The notes under the pieces were generated by a model, which was not told the DNA's origin, ran no database searches, and saw only the letters and a list, made by a program, of their open reading frames with translations. This document shows positions 27,273 through 37,187 of a stretch of DNA of 64,000 nucleotides, one piece after another; the first letter of the stretch is position 1, and every line of letters begins with the position of its first letter. The position numbers and the translations under genes are program-made. Where the stretch lies: NCBI GenBank assembly GCA_963667255.1, contig OY762940.1, positions 384,001 to 448,000 on the forward strand, in the 5' to 3' direction. The stretch is from Candidatus Cloacimonadota bacterium (GTDB taxonomy: Bacteria > Cloacimonadota > Cloacimonadia > G963667145).

Positions 27273-28559
27273 TTGAAAGAGAAGAAAATCGAGCTGTCAG
27301 AGTTTTTTCAGGGATTAAACTCATCTGCCATTCGTCATGCACAACAATGCTATGCTGAACGCAAAGATGCGGTAAAAGCTGTAAACGCTTCCATCGGTAA
27401 TGTTGGATTGCCTGTGCATCCAGCTATGCACAGCAGGATAAAAAATCTGTCTCAGCATGCAGAATTTGGACAAGGGATAGTAAAATACACCTCAACCGCT
27501 GGTCTAAAAGAGACCAAAGAAGCGTTCAAAAAAGTCATTTCCCTCTGCGGAGCGAATACAGAAGACCTCGACCTCATCATCACCAGTGGTGGTTCGCAAG
27601 CTATAGATTTGGTTTTGTTAGGATGTTGCCAAGACAATCGCCCCTTGATAATATCCGAGCCGGCATATTCCAACTACATAAGCATAGCTGAAGCCTACAA
27701 AATCCCCATAATCGCTCTGCCACACCAACTAAACGACGATGGCGACTTCCAAAATCTTGACGACTTGGAAAGGACTATAAAGGAAAACAACCCGGGTGCA
27801 ATAGTTGTTATCCCCTATGACAACCCCACGGGAAAACTAATAACCCAAGAGAAATTGAACGAAATAGCAAAACTGTGCGTGAAATACGACCTTTGGATGA
27901 TTAGCGACGAAGCATACAGACTTCTGCATTACACAGAAAACGAACCGCCATCTATCTGGAAAATAACAGAAAAAGAAGCTCCGGGAATTACCGGTAGAAA
28001 AATCGGGATAGAAACTGTCTCCAAATATTTGAACGGCTGCGGACTCAGAATCGGAGCTCTTGTCAGCGACAACAAAGAGTTTATACAAAAAGCAACAATT
28101 TTCGCTTCCTCTCACCTATGTGCTGGAGCTATCGCCCAATACATAGTTGGAGGGGTAAACGAAGAAAAAGACGAAAATTTGCTGAAATGGATAGAAAATT
28201 TGCGAAATCACTACCAAAATTTGCTAATTTCCACCTCAAATGAACTAAAAAAGAGATTGCCAAATATAATAGTGTCTGCTCCGCAATCGGCTATATACTT
28301 AGTTGTCGATCTTAGAAAACTTGTGCCAAACTCGTTCAAAATAAGCGATTTTTGCCATTTTTGTGCTGAAAAAGGCAAAATTAGCACAAATTTAGGTGAT
28401 TTTACCCTACTTTTCACTCCTATGGAAAGTTTTTATCACTCAGACCCCGAGTTTGGAAGATATCAAATGAGACTTTCTTTCGTCGCCCATGAAAAAGAAA
28501 TCAAACTGATTCCCGAATTGCTCGAAAAATTGTTAGAAAGCTATTTGAAACAAAATTGA
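27273..28559 (+). CDS. PLP-dependent aminotransferase class I/II (aspartate aminotransferase-like)
   Basis: Motifs TSGGSQA, PAYSNY, PYDNPTG, ISDEAY, SKYLNGCGLRIG (PLP lysine) and MRLSF. The probable start is TTG 27273 after GGGGGA; the ORF track starts at 27162. Confidence 0.88.
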   Translation: MKEKKIELSEFFQGLNSSAIRHAQQCYAERKDAVKAVNASIGNVGLPVHPAMHSRIKNLSQHAEFGQGIVKYTSTAGLKETKEAFKKVISLCGANTEDLDLIITSGGSQAIDLVLLGCCQDNRPLIISEPAYSNYISIAEAYKIPIIALPHQLNDDGDFQNLDDLERTIKENNPGAIVVIPYDNPTGKLITQEKLNEIAKLCVKYDLWMISDEAYRLLHYTENEPPSIWKITEKEAPGITGRKIGIETVSKYLNGCGLRIGALVSDNKEFIQKATIFASSHLCAGAIAQYIVGGVNEEKDENLLKWIENLRNHYQNLLISTSNELKKRLPNIIVSAPQSAIYLVVDLRKLVPNSFKISDFCHFCAEKGKISTNLGDFTLLFTPMESFYHSDPEFGRYQMRLSFVAHEKEIKLIPELLEKLLESYLKQN

Positions 28560-28569
28560 ATTACAAATT

Positions 28570-29262
28570 TTAATAATGGCTCAGGTATTCTAAGCAACTG
28601 GCTATATGCCCTTCAATCAATGCTTTAGCGGCTATTCCTGTGCCTTCATACAGAGATTCTACTATTCTCCTATGTTCCCAAATCATTCGTTGTTCTTTTT
28701 CGGCAGAACCCAAAAAATATTTTCGAGAATCTTTAATTCTTTCAAATAAATACTCTAAAAAAGCAAAATAAAAAAGATTTTGGGAAAAACTAGCCAATAA
28801 ATAGTGAAATTCGTTATCTATTTCAATTAACTTTTTGAGCCTTTCTCCCAAATCGACCTCTTTCTCCGAACATTTGACAAATCTAATCAAATTCTCATCC
28901 AATTTTTCTTTCTGTTCTATAGAAATTGTAGAAGCAATCTCAGACAAATTCTGACCTTCTAATATCTTAACTATAGAGTATGCCTTTTTTAATTCATCAA
29001 AATTTTCCAATTGGTCTCGTAATGTCAAAACAGGTTTTTGTTTAGTGCTGGCAACAAACAAACCTTTGCCCTGTCTGACAGAGAGTAGATCTTCAGCAAT
29101 TAGAGTGCTTGTTGCCTCTCTTACAGTCGATCTGCTCACAGAAAACAGCTTGGTAAGCTCATTTTCCGAGGGCAATTTAAACCCTGCCGGTTTATTGAAT
29201 ACAAGTTTTCGCAACCTCTTACACACTTGTTCTGACAGCTTTTGTCTTCTCACTACAGTCAT
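28570..29262 (-). CDS. GntR/FadR-family transcriptional regulator
   Basis: N-terminal wHTH KLPSENELTKLFSVSRSTVREA...RQGKGLFV. C-terminal FCD-like domain (DNEFH, EHRRIV). Confidence 0.9.
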   Translation of the reverse strand: MTVVRRQKLSEQVCKRLRKLVFNKPAGFKLPSENELTKLFSVSRSTVREATSTLIAEDLLSVRQGKGLFVASTKQKPVLTLRDQLENFDELKKAYSIVKILEGQNLSEIASTISIEQKEKLDENLIRFVKCSEKEVDLGERLKKLIEIDNEFHYLLASFSQNLFYFAFLEYLFERIKDSRKYFLGSAEKEQRMIWEHRRIVESLYEGTGIAAKALIEGHIASCLEYLSHY

Positions 29263-29274
29263 ATTAATCTCCTA

Positions 29275-29312
29275 AAATATTTGTCAGACTCTCTGATGTC
29301 AGACAAATATTT
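29275..29312. promoter_or_regulatory. Putative FadR-type operator in the divergent gntR/hydE promoter
   Basis: Inverted repeat AAATATTTGTC..GACAAATATTT containing two TGTCAGAC boxes (the FadR family consensus resembles TNGTCNGACNA). Adjacent TTGACA (minus, 29320-29315) and TTGACT (plus, 29332). Confidence 0.6.
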
Positions 29313-29381
29313 CTTGTCAAGTCTTTATTTCTTGACTTTTCTACATTTCTTCTTCTTATGACAATGAGAGGTTATCATAAA

Positions 29382-30419
29382 ATGAACAAAAATGATATAG
29401 TAAACCTACTAAAAACCAACAACACTAAAAGTTTGTTTGAGACCGCTTATGCTGTAAAGTTAGCCGAAGTCGGTCCATACTCCTATCTCAGAGCATTAAT
29501 CGAATACTCAAACTACTGCCAACGCAACTGCTACTATTGTGGCATTCGTAGAGACAATATAAACTGCAAAAGATATAATATTCCTTTAGAACAAGCAAAA
29601 AACATCATTTTCGGCATAAATAAACAAAAATATGCCTCTTTTTTGATACAATCTGGTGAAAACACAAGCAAAAACTTCATTTCCGAGATAAGTCAGCTCA
29701 TAGAGTATGCCAAAAATCTAAATCCCAATTTTGCAATAGTCCTCTCTGTAGGCGAACAAACAAAAGAAACCTACAAAAAATGGTTTGAATTGGGTGCTGA
29801 GCGGTATTTGCTCCGTATAGAGACCTCCGATAAAGCCCTCTACAACAAGGTTCATCCTCCCGAAATGAGCTACGAAAACCGCATCAGATGCTTGATAAAC
29901 CTCAAAGAGATAGGATATCAAACAGGAACCGGAAACCTCATTGGATTGCCTAACCAAACGATTGAAAGCCTTGCAGACGACATTCTGTTCTTTAAAAAAA
30001 TGGATATCGATATGCTGGGATTAGGACCATACATTCCGTGCAAAGACACTCCCCTATTTTTAACTGGAAAAAGCGTAAGAATCCAAAAAAACTTCGATTT
30101 TGCCCTAAAAACTATCGCAATTTGCCGAATTTTGCTCAAAAATGTCAATATTGCGGCTTCCACTGCCCTGCAGACGATAGACACAGAAGGCTACATCAAG
30201 GGAATAAAAGCCGGAGCCAATGTGATAATGCCAAATGTAACTCCCGATATTTACAAAAAAGAGTATTCTCTCTACAGCGACAAATCCTTTGTGGACGATT
30301 CACAAATTTTAAATTACTCAAAAATCTTGCACGAAACCATTAACCCAAGTTTAAAGGGAACGCCTCTACACTATATTGAATCAACCTCTTCTCGAACGGA
30401 AAACAAGGAGAAATCATGA
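29382..30419 (+). CDS. hydE: [FeFe]-hydrogenase maturase HydE (radical SAM)
   Basis: RALIEYSNYCQRNCYYCGIR (CxxxCxxC), RYLLRIET, GANVIMPN and YSLY motifs. Overlaps the hydF start. Confidence 0.88.
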   Translation: MNKNDIVNLLKTNNTKSLFETAYAVKLAEVGPYSYLRALIEYSNYCQRNCYYCGIRRDNINCKRYNIPLEQAKNIIFGINKQKYASFLIQSGENTSKNFISEISQLIEYAKNLNPNFAIVLSVGEQTKETYKKWFELGAERYLLRIETSDKALYNKVHPPEMSYENRIRCLINLKEIGYQTGTGNLIGLPNQTIESLADDILFFKKMDIDMLGLGPYIPCKDTPLFLTGKSVRIQKNFDFALKTIAICRILLKNVNIAASTALQTIDTEGYIKGIKAGANVIMPNVTPDIYKKEYSLYSDKSFVDDSQILNYSKILHETINPSLKGTPLHYIESTSSRTENKEKS

Positions 30420-31630
30420 AACAATTGGAACCCAAGGGCGAACGGCTCAACATCGCTATTTTGGGGAAAATAAATGCCGGAAAATCGTCTCTCATCAACG
30501 CTCTGACCAACCAAAACATCTCTATTGTGGACTCCACGAGAGGAACCACAACTGACCCTGTAGCAAAAAGATACGAATTAGTTCCCGTTGGTCCGGTTAC
30601 CTTTTATGACACTGCGGGGATAGATGATAGGGGAGAACTGGGGGATAAACGCAAAAAAGCCTCATTTCAAGTGCTGATGAAAACAGATTTGGCAATTTTG
30701 GTAGTTGCGGAAGAGGGGATACAAGAAGAAGACAAAGAATTGATAAAAAAACTGCAAAATTTGGAAATTGGGACGATTTTAGCCTTCAATAAAGCAGATT
30801 TACTGAAATTTGAGCAAAAAGACAAAGATTTTTGTGAGAATTTGAATATTTTTTGGATAGAGGTTTCTTGTAACAACCAAATCTCCATAACCAAACTGAA
30901 AAATAAGATAATAGAATTTTTGCCTGAAAAACACAAAAAAAAGCAGTTTTTATTAGATGATTTGCTAAAAAAAGGCGATAAAATCGTTTTAAACTGCCCA
31001 ATTGACAATTCTGCCCCAAAACACAGACTCATTTTGCCCCAAGTGCAAGCTCTAAGAAACATTCTTGACAACGAAGCTGTAGCTATCGTTACCCAAAATG
31101 AGCAACTTACAGTAGCTTTGCAGGACAGTCCCAAGATGGTAATCACTGACTCGCAAGCTGTTGCCAAAATCAAGGATTTAATCCCCAAACACATCCTTTT
31201 TACCACTTTTTCCATTGTTTTCGCCCGATACAAAGGGAATTTGGATTTGCTAATAAACGGAATAAAGCAGATAGGAAAACTCAAGGAAAACGACAACATC
31301 CTGATAGCGGAAGCGTGCTCACACCATTTGCAAGACGACGATATAGGGCGATACAAAATCCCTACTTGGTTGCAAGAATACACGGGGAAGAGGTTGAATT
31401 TTGAGTTTTCCGTTGGTAGCGATTATCCGGAAAATTTGAAAAAATACTCCCTGATTATCCACTGTGGTGGCTGTATGATGAGTGCAAATGAGGTAAATAG
31501 GAGGCTGCTCATCGCAAAAGAGCAAAATGTCGCCATAACGAATTACGGAATATTAATCTGCAAAATCAACAACATTTTGGAAAGGGCAATCGAGCCTTTT
31601 GGGAAAACGATTACAGATGACAGAAAATAG
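30416..31630 (+). CDS. hydF: [FeFe]-hydrogenase maturation GTPase HydF
   Basis: GKINAGKSS, GTTTDPV, DTAG and NKAD GTPase motifs; RLILPQVQ; EACSHH...IHCGGC cluster-binding motif. Confidence 0.95.
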   Translation: MKQLEPKGERLNIAILGKINAGKSSLINALTNQNISIVDSTRGTTTDPVAKRYELVPVGPVTFYDTAGIDDRGELGDKRKKASFQVLMKTDLAILVVAEEGIQEEDKELIKKLQNLEIGTILAFNKADLLKFEQKDKDFCENLNIFWIEVSCNNQISITKLKNKIIEFLPEKHKKKQFLLDDLLKKGDKIVLNCPIDNSAPKHRLILPQVQALRNILDNEAVAIVTQNEQLTVALQDSPKMVITDSQAVAKIKDLIPKHILFTTFSIVFARYKGNLDLLINGIKQIGKLKENDNILIAEACSHHLQDDDIGRYKIPTWLQEYTGKRLNFEFSVGSDYPENLKKYSLIIHCGGCMMSANEVNRRLLIAKEQNVAITNYGILICKINNILERAIEPFGKTITDDRK

Positions 31631-32815
31631 AGAGATTTTTAGTGTCAGCGAGATTAACGCCCACTTAAAAAACATCATCAAGAGCAATATTCCTCAGCTC
31701 TTCGTGCAGGGAGAGCTAACGAATTGCACGCTACATCGGTCAGGACACCTGTATTTCGGGCTTAAGGACGAAAAATCGTCGCTAAAAGGCGTTATGTTCA
31801 AGTATTACGCTTCGATGCTCGATTTCGTCCCGCAGAATGGGGATGAGGTTGTTTGTTTCGGGAAATTGGACTTATACGAAGCGTCAGGAAATTACCAAAT
31901 AGTTGCCAGTTCCATGGAAAAGAAGGGTTTGGGAGAATTAAACAAAAAATTCGAGATTTTGAAGAAAAAACTGGAAAATGAAGGACTTTTTGAGCAAATT
32001 TACAAGAAAAACATCCCAGAATATCCCAAAAAAATCGGTATCGTTACCTCGCCGACAGGAGCTGCCATCCAAGACATCAAAATGTGCTTGCCAGAAGATT
32101 TCCGTGTGAAATTTACCTCTATCCCGTCTTGGTGCAGGGAGAAAGAGCATCAAAATCAATAATACAGGGAATCGAATATTTTGAAGAAAAATATCCGGTT
32201 GACTTGCTGATAGTCGGTAGGGGAGGAGGAAGCCAAGAAGATTTGTTTTGTTTCAACTCCGAAGAGCTGGCACGAACGATTTTCGCTGCCAAAACTCCTA
32301 TAATCACGGGAATAGGACACGAAATAGACTACACTATCGCCGATTTTGTCGCCGATTTGCGAGCTCCTACTCCATCCGCCGCCGCAGAACTTGCCGTGCC
32401 GGACAAAACAAAATTGATAGAAAAACTGATGGACGCAAAAAGCCTAATTTCCCTCAATTCTCAAGCAAAAATCTCCGATTTTAAGCTGAAAATCAACAAA
32501 TTACAGCAAAATTTGCAATTATACTCTCCATACACCAAATTGGAAAACCTAAGAACCAGAATCGAAAAATCTCATTTGATGATAAAGCACTTGGTAGAAA
32601 CGAAAATCTATCAAAATAGGCAGAAAGTCGAGGTCGCACAAAGCAAATTGGAGGAATTATCCCCGCTAAAAACACTGGATAGGGGATACGCTGTAGTGAG
32701 ACAAGAACAAAAAACAATAAGAGCGACAGAGCAAATCAGCACTGACAAACCGTTGGAAATCATTCTAAAGGACGGAACTGTCTATTTGGCAATAAAGAGG
32801 GTTGAAAAAGCTTAG
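31617..32815 (+). pseudogene. xseA: Exodeoxyribonuclease VII large subunit, split by a 1-nt frameshift at ~32080
   Basis: The N-half (SGHLYFGLKDE, GIVTSPTGAAIQDI) and C-half (VQGE, RGGGSQEDL, GIGHEID, RAPTPSAAAE, TLDRGYA) are in different frames. Adding one A to AAAA 32079-32082 restores DIKNVLARRFP. This may be a sequencing error. Confidence 0.85.
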
Positions 32816-33504
32816 AAACTCTTTACCAAAACCTCTGCCACCAGAAAATCGAAAGGCGTGGTTATCTTGATGTTGGATGGCTCGTCTTCCACCCAAAAAA
32901 CCAAATGCCCCAAGAACTCCAAAAGACTGGCATCATCCGTAAACTCAACACGCTCTTGAAGAGCTTTTTCGTAAGATTTTTTGAGCAAATCATAAGAAAA
33001 CGCCTGTGGAGTTGTCGCTCCGAAGATAACCGCTCTATTCAGCGTTTTTTCGACTCTATCCGAATTAACCGATTTTAGCGTATTTGTCGTGGGAACAGCA
33101 GGAATAACGGCATATTTCGCCTTTACCAAATCAACCAACTTCAAAATCAGGCTTTCCCTCACAAAGGGTCGCACACCGTCATGCACGAAGACAAAATCAG
33201 CTTTTTCGATGTATTTGAGAGCATTGAACACGGAATCTTGGCGAAATTTGCCACCTTGGACAAACTCCAAAGACGGAAATAGGGTGAATAATCTGCCTCG
33301 CTCCGTCGGAAATTCGTCCTCGGGCAAAACAACTACGATACGACTGAAAACGCCAACCGACAAAAATCTCTCTATCGTATGCTCCAAAACAGACTTGCCT
33401 TGTAGCAAAAGGAACTGCTTTTTCTTGTCGGAAACCATCCGCCTGCCACTACCACCGGCAGTAATAATGGCTACAAAATCGGACATCTCTCGGGGATTTA
33501 TCAA
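32812..33504 (-). CDS. ispD: 2-C-methyl-D-erythritol 4-phosphate cytidylyltransferase
   Basis: AGGSGRRM..KKQF, RQDSVFNAL, VHDGVRPF, TPQAF, TDDASL and NIKITTPFD motifs. Confidence 0.93.
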   Translation of the reverse strand: MINPREMSDFVAIITAGGSGRRMVSDKKKQFLLLQGKSVLEHTIERFLSVGVFSRIVVVLPEDEFPTERGRLFTLFPSLEFVQGGKFRQDSVFNALKYIEKADFVFVHDGVRPFVRESLILKLVDLVKAKYAVIPAVPTTNTLKSVNSDRVEKTLNRAVIFGATTPQAFSYDLLKKSYEKALQERVEFTDDASLLEFLGHLVFWVEDEPSNIKITTPFDFLVAEVLVKSF

Positions 33505-34856
33505 AAAGTAACAGTCACATAGCCGTAACTTTTGTCGCTATGTATCACATAAAAGAGGAGCTTATCGCCAGCTTTAACTTTGCTCAGCTCTTGCTCAAAT
33601 TGAGATTCGCCCTCTATCAGAACATCTTGAATTTCCTGAATGATATCGCCTTCTTTGATGCCTGCCTTGGCAAAAGCTGATTCGGGTTGCACGGAAGAAA
33701 CCACAACCCCGAAGTCCAACTCCTTTTTCCTCTCGGCACTCAGCGGAGCAACGCTCACACCAAAGTTGGAATTCGGCTCAGGAGGAGCCAATCCGGGCAA
33801 AGCTGGAGCGACAGACTCTTTCAAATCCAAATAAATATTCTCTCGCTTCCCGTTTTTGTGGACAAAAACAGCCAATGTCCCTCTATTCCTGACCAGCTTC
33901 TCTATCTTTTCCAAAGTAACAACATTCGAAACACCATACTTATCTGCACCCACAATATAATCTCCAACTCTGAAACCGGCTTTCTCTCCTGCACTTCCCG
34001 GCATGATACTCTCCACAACGATACCGCCCTTGTAAGGAGACTTGTATCTCTGCAAATCCTCATCAGTTGCATTTCGCAAAACCAACCCGTAAAATGTGCT
34101 ACTAACAACAGGAGTAGGCAAAATAGGAGCTGCCTCTTCCTCCGTAACAGTAGGTGCAGGACTCGAAATTATCTTATCCGTAACAGCCAAGAAAGAAGCC
34201 GAAGACAAAATCAAGCCTTGTTGCATATAGCCGTCATCGCCACGAGTAGTAGCATCTATCGCAAACCCGACCATGTTTCCGGAATTGTCTATCACGATGC
34301 CACCAAGACCTGCCAGCGTAACAAGAGCATCAACCTCAAAAATCTGTAAATCGCTGTTACCATCCTGCAGAGTAACGCCTGTCTTCGCTACGATACCAGA
34401 AGAAGCACTCAAATGCAAACTTCCCGTTTGATTTAAACTGCTCCCCAAAACACAAATATCTTTGCCCAAATCGGCAGAAGAACCCCTCAATTTGACATCC
34501 AGTTTTTCCTCGGAAGTGAACTTATAAACCGCAAGGTTCACGCTCTCTTGCCTTCCCACAAACTCCAACGGATATTTTGCACCACCGGAAGCAACTGCGA
34601 AAAATTTCTTATGCTCTATTCCGGCAATATTTGCATTGACCGTAGCCAAATAGTAAGCGTCAGACTCTTTTTTGAAAATAACGCCCGAACCCATACTGAC
34701 CATTTCGGCTGACTTCCCCTGATCGACACTCTCTTCGACCACGACATTGACCACAACACCAGAAACCTCTTTCACAGAACTCTGCCAACTCTCAGAACCC
34801 CACAGTCCGAAACTAAAAAAACTCAAAAAAACTATCCCAAATAGCAATTTATTCAT
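33501..34856 (-). CDS. HtrA/DegP-like periplasmic protein with two PDZ domains, catalytic triad absent
   Basis: Signal peptide, VVNV, GSGVIF, SSGIVA and two PDZ domains (PGSAGEKAGFRVGD, PESAFAKAGIKEGDII). TNNHV, DLAV and GNSGG are replaced by TVNANI, NLAV and AGLGG. Confidence 0.8.
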   Translation of the reverse strand: MNKLLFGIVFLSFFSFGLWGSESWQSSVKEVSGVVVNVVVEESVDQGKSAEMVSMGSGVIFKKESDAYYLATVNANIAGIEHKKFFAVASGGAKYPLEFVGRQESVNLAVYKFTSEEKLDVKLRGSSADLGKDICVLGSSLNQTGSLHLSASSGIVAKTGVTLQDGNSDLQIFEVDALVTLAGLGGIVIDNSGNMVGFAIDATTRGDDGYMQQGLILSSASFLAVTDKIISSPAPTVTEEEAAPILPTPVVSSTFYGLVLRNATDEDLQRYKSPYKGGIVVESIMPGSAGEKAGFRVGDYIVGADKYGVSNVVTLEKIEKLVRNRGTLAVFVHKNGKRENIYLDLKESVAPALPGLAPPEPNSNFGVSVAPLSAERKKELDFGVVVSSVQPESAFAKAGIKEGDIIQEIQDVLIEGESQFEQELSKVKAGDKLLFYVIHSDKSYGYVTVTF

Positions 34857-34936
34857 CTAACCCTCCACGGAATATCTCGCTTCCGTCTCTTTTAAATCTA
34901 CCGAAATATTAGTCAAATTTTTTCTTGACTAAAAAA

Positions 34937-34963
34937 GTAGCAATCGCATTCTGACACTGCTAA
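34937..34963 (+). promoter_or_regulatory. CIRCE-like (HrcA) operator upstream of groES
   Basis: GTAGCAATC-N9-CACTGCTAA versus consensus TTAGCACTC-N9-GAGTGCTAA (7/9 in each arm, exact spacing). It lies between TTGACT at 34925 and the AAGGAG RBS. Confidence 0.7.
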
Positions 34964-34986
34964 ATAATTTCAAAAGGAGTTTTATT

Positions 34987-35256
34987 ATGAAGATTAAACC
35001 TTTAGACAAAAGAGTTGTTATAGAAAAAAAAGAGGCTGAAGAGAAAAACATCGGTGGTATCATCTTGCCAGATTCTGCCAAAGAGAAGCCTCAAACTGGT
35101 AAAATCGTGGCTGTAGGCACTGACGAAGATTTGAAAAAATTGGTCAAAGTTGGCGACGAAGTTCTTTTCTCCAAATACGGTGGAACCGAAGTCAAACTTG
35201 ACGGCAAAGAGTATATGATACTTTCTCAAGACGACATTTTGGCTGTGATAGAATAG
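34987..35256 (+). CDS. groES: Co-chaperonin GroES
   Basis: [57 protein letters not shown]. Confidence 0.97.
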   Translation: MKIKPLDKRVVIEKKEAEEKNIGGIILPDSAKEKPQTGKIVAVGTDEDLKKLVKVGDEVLFSKYGGTEVKLDGKEYMILSQDDILAVIE

Positions 35257-35275
35257 GCATAACTGAAAATATTTT

Positions 35276-35309
35276 AAAAGGCACTCTCCATTGGGAAAGT
35301 GCCTTTTTT
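35276..35309 (+). terminator. Intrinsic terminator after groES (probably bidirectional)
   Basis: AAAAGGCACTCTCC-ATTGGGAA-AGTGCCTTTTTT hairpin with T tail, between convergent genes. Confidence 0.8.
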
Positions 35310-35334
35310 ATTATCCGAAATTTTACTCAAACAA

Positions 35335-36408
35335 TCACAGAATATTTATATCCGTTTCATGGATTACCGCATAAATATTCGAATCTATTTTATCTCTCAA
35401 TCTATCAACTGTCCAATGCGGAATCACAGCTCTAAAATCATTACCTTTGGCTTCAACCAAACCGAAATAAACATTGCCTTCGCTGATGATATCTGTCAAT
35501 TTTGCTTCAAAAAGGTTCTTTCTCCCTGATTTATAAGGCGTAATATCGTCGGTGATGATAATATTTTCCGGTCTTATTGCCACAGTCACTTCTCGTTTTT
35601 TATCGGTTATCTCTGCCGATTTTAACAGTAAGCCGTTCAAATCTATCGCGGAATAATCAGCAGTGACTTCACTAATTTTGCCTTCATACAAGAGAGTGCC
35701 CACAAAGGATGCCACAAAATCGTTTTTCGGCTTTGCAAACACATCGGAAATCGTCCCGAATTGGATTTGCTCTCCACCTTTGAAGATAGAAACTTTATTG
35801 GCAAAAGACCAAACATCCTCAAAGTCGTGAGTTATATGAATTACCGTCATTCCGATTTTTTTTATTATTTTCTTGAGCAAAATTCTCGTTTCCCTCCTCG
35901 TGGAAGGGTCAAGAGCGGACAACGGTTCATCCATAAGTAGCATTTTCGGCTCTACAACCAAAGCTCTGGCAAGAGATGCTCTCTGCTGCTCTCCACCGGA
36001 CAATGTCCCCGGAGTTCTTTTTAGCAAATGTATAATATTCAACGCAGCGGAGATTTCTGTGATTTTCTTCCTAATTAACTCTTTTTCCGTCTTCTTGTTA
36101 TAGACCTTATCCAAACCGTATTCGATATTCCTATAAATAGTAAAATGAGGCATCAAAGCGTAGTCCTGATAAACTATTCCGATTTTTCTCTTTTCCGGCA
36201 ACTGATGTGTTATCTCTTTGTCGCCCAAAAAAATTCTGCCGCTTTCCAACTCATGAAACCCGATAATGCTCTCAAGAAGAATAGTTTTGCCAGCACCTGT
36301 CGGACCTATTATTGTGCAATAATCGCCCTTATCCAAAGACAAACTTATGTTTTTTAGCTTAAACTCTTTTAAATCAACGGAAAAATTCTCAACAGAGAGA
36401 AAATTCAT
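35335..36408 (-). CDS. modC: Molybdate/tungstate ABC transporter ATP-binding protein (ModC/WtpC-like, C-terminal TOBE)
   Basis: GPTGAGKT, VYQDYALMPH, LSGGEQQR, LLMDEPLSALD and HITHD motifs; operon context. Confidence 0.82.
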   Translation of the reverse strand: MNFLSVENFSVDLKEFKLKNISLSLDKGDYCTIIGPTGAGKTILLESIIGFHELESGRIFLGDKEITHQLPEKRKIGIVYQDYALMPHFTIYRNIEYGLDKVYNKKTEKELIRKKITEISAALNIIHLLKRTPGTLSGGEQQRASLARALVVEPKMLLMDEPLSALDPSTRRETRILLKKIIKKIGMTVIHITHDFEDVWSFANKVSIFKGGEQIQFGTISDVFAKPKNDFVASFVGTLLYEGKISEVTADYSAIDLNGLLLKSAEITDKKREVTVAIRPENIIITDDITPYKSGRKNLFEAKLTDIISEGNVYFGLVEAKGNDFRAVIPHWTVDRLRDKIDSNIYAVIHETDINIL

Positions 36409-37187
36409 AATTTTACCTCCGTCTTCTCAAAAACAAAGATTGCAAAGAATGAAACTAAAATCAAAATTATGCCGCTGGTCAAAGCCATACCCATATTGCC
36501 GTAAGAGATATTTAAGTATAGAGTAATCGGTAGAGTGTTCGTGAGCCCCATAGAGCCTCCGGCGAGAATAAGCACGGTGCCGAATGTCCCGATACATCTG
36601 GCAAAAGAGATGACCACCGAGGCTACCAAGCCGTTCTTGGCAAGAGGAATGGAAATCCTAAAAAAAGTCTCCAACTGAGAGTATCCGAGAGTCCGAGAAA
36701 TAAACTCATATCGCGGATTAATGTAATCAAAGGTTGACTTGATGATTCTAATCGAATAAGGTAAAGCTGTGAAAAACTGAGCGGCTACAACACCTTTTTG
36801 CGTAAAGACAAAGTTCAAACCCAATTTCTCAAACAAAGTGCCGATAGGTGTGTTGCCAAAAAGAAGCAAAAGAGCCAACCCCAAAACGAGCTCGGGGAAC
36901 GCCACAGGCAAATCGATAACCGTCTTCATGGCACTCTTGCCGATAAAATCAAATCGCGAAAGAGCGTATCCGATTGGTATAGCGAAAATAATAACTAAAG
37001 CGGTGGAGATTATTCCCGTCCACAAAGACAAAAACAACGAAAATTTCATCTCCTCACAAAAGAGATTTTGCATCACATCACTCCAATCTGGGACATAGAA
37101 AAACGCCCCTATGGCAATTATCAAAAGTGAGGTAATTATGAGCGATAGTAGGACTAAAAAGTATTTGAAAAAATTTACTTTTCGCAC
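36405..37187 (-). CDS. modB: Molybdate/tungstate ABC transporter permease
   Basis: DLPVAFPELVLGLALL, EAA-like loop YEFISRTLG, FARCIGTFG and TLPITLY motifs. Confidence 0.85.
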   Translation of the reverse strand: MRKVNFFKYFLVLLSLIITSLLIIAIGAFFYVPDWSDVMQNLFCEEMKFSLFLSLWTGIISTALVIIFAIPIGYALSRFDFIGKSAMKTVIDLPVAFPELVLGLALLLLFGNTPIGTLFEKLGLNFVFTQKGVVAAQFFTALPYSIRIIKSTFDYINPRYEFISRTLGYSQLETFFRISIPLAKNGLVASVVISFARCIGTFGTVLILAGGSMGLTNTLPITLYLNISYGNMGMALTSGIILILVSFFAIFVFEKTEVKL

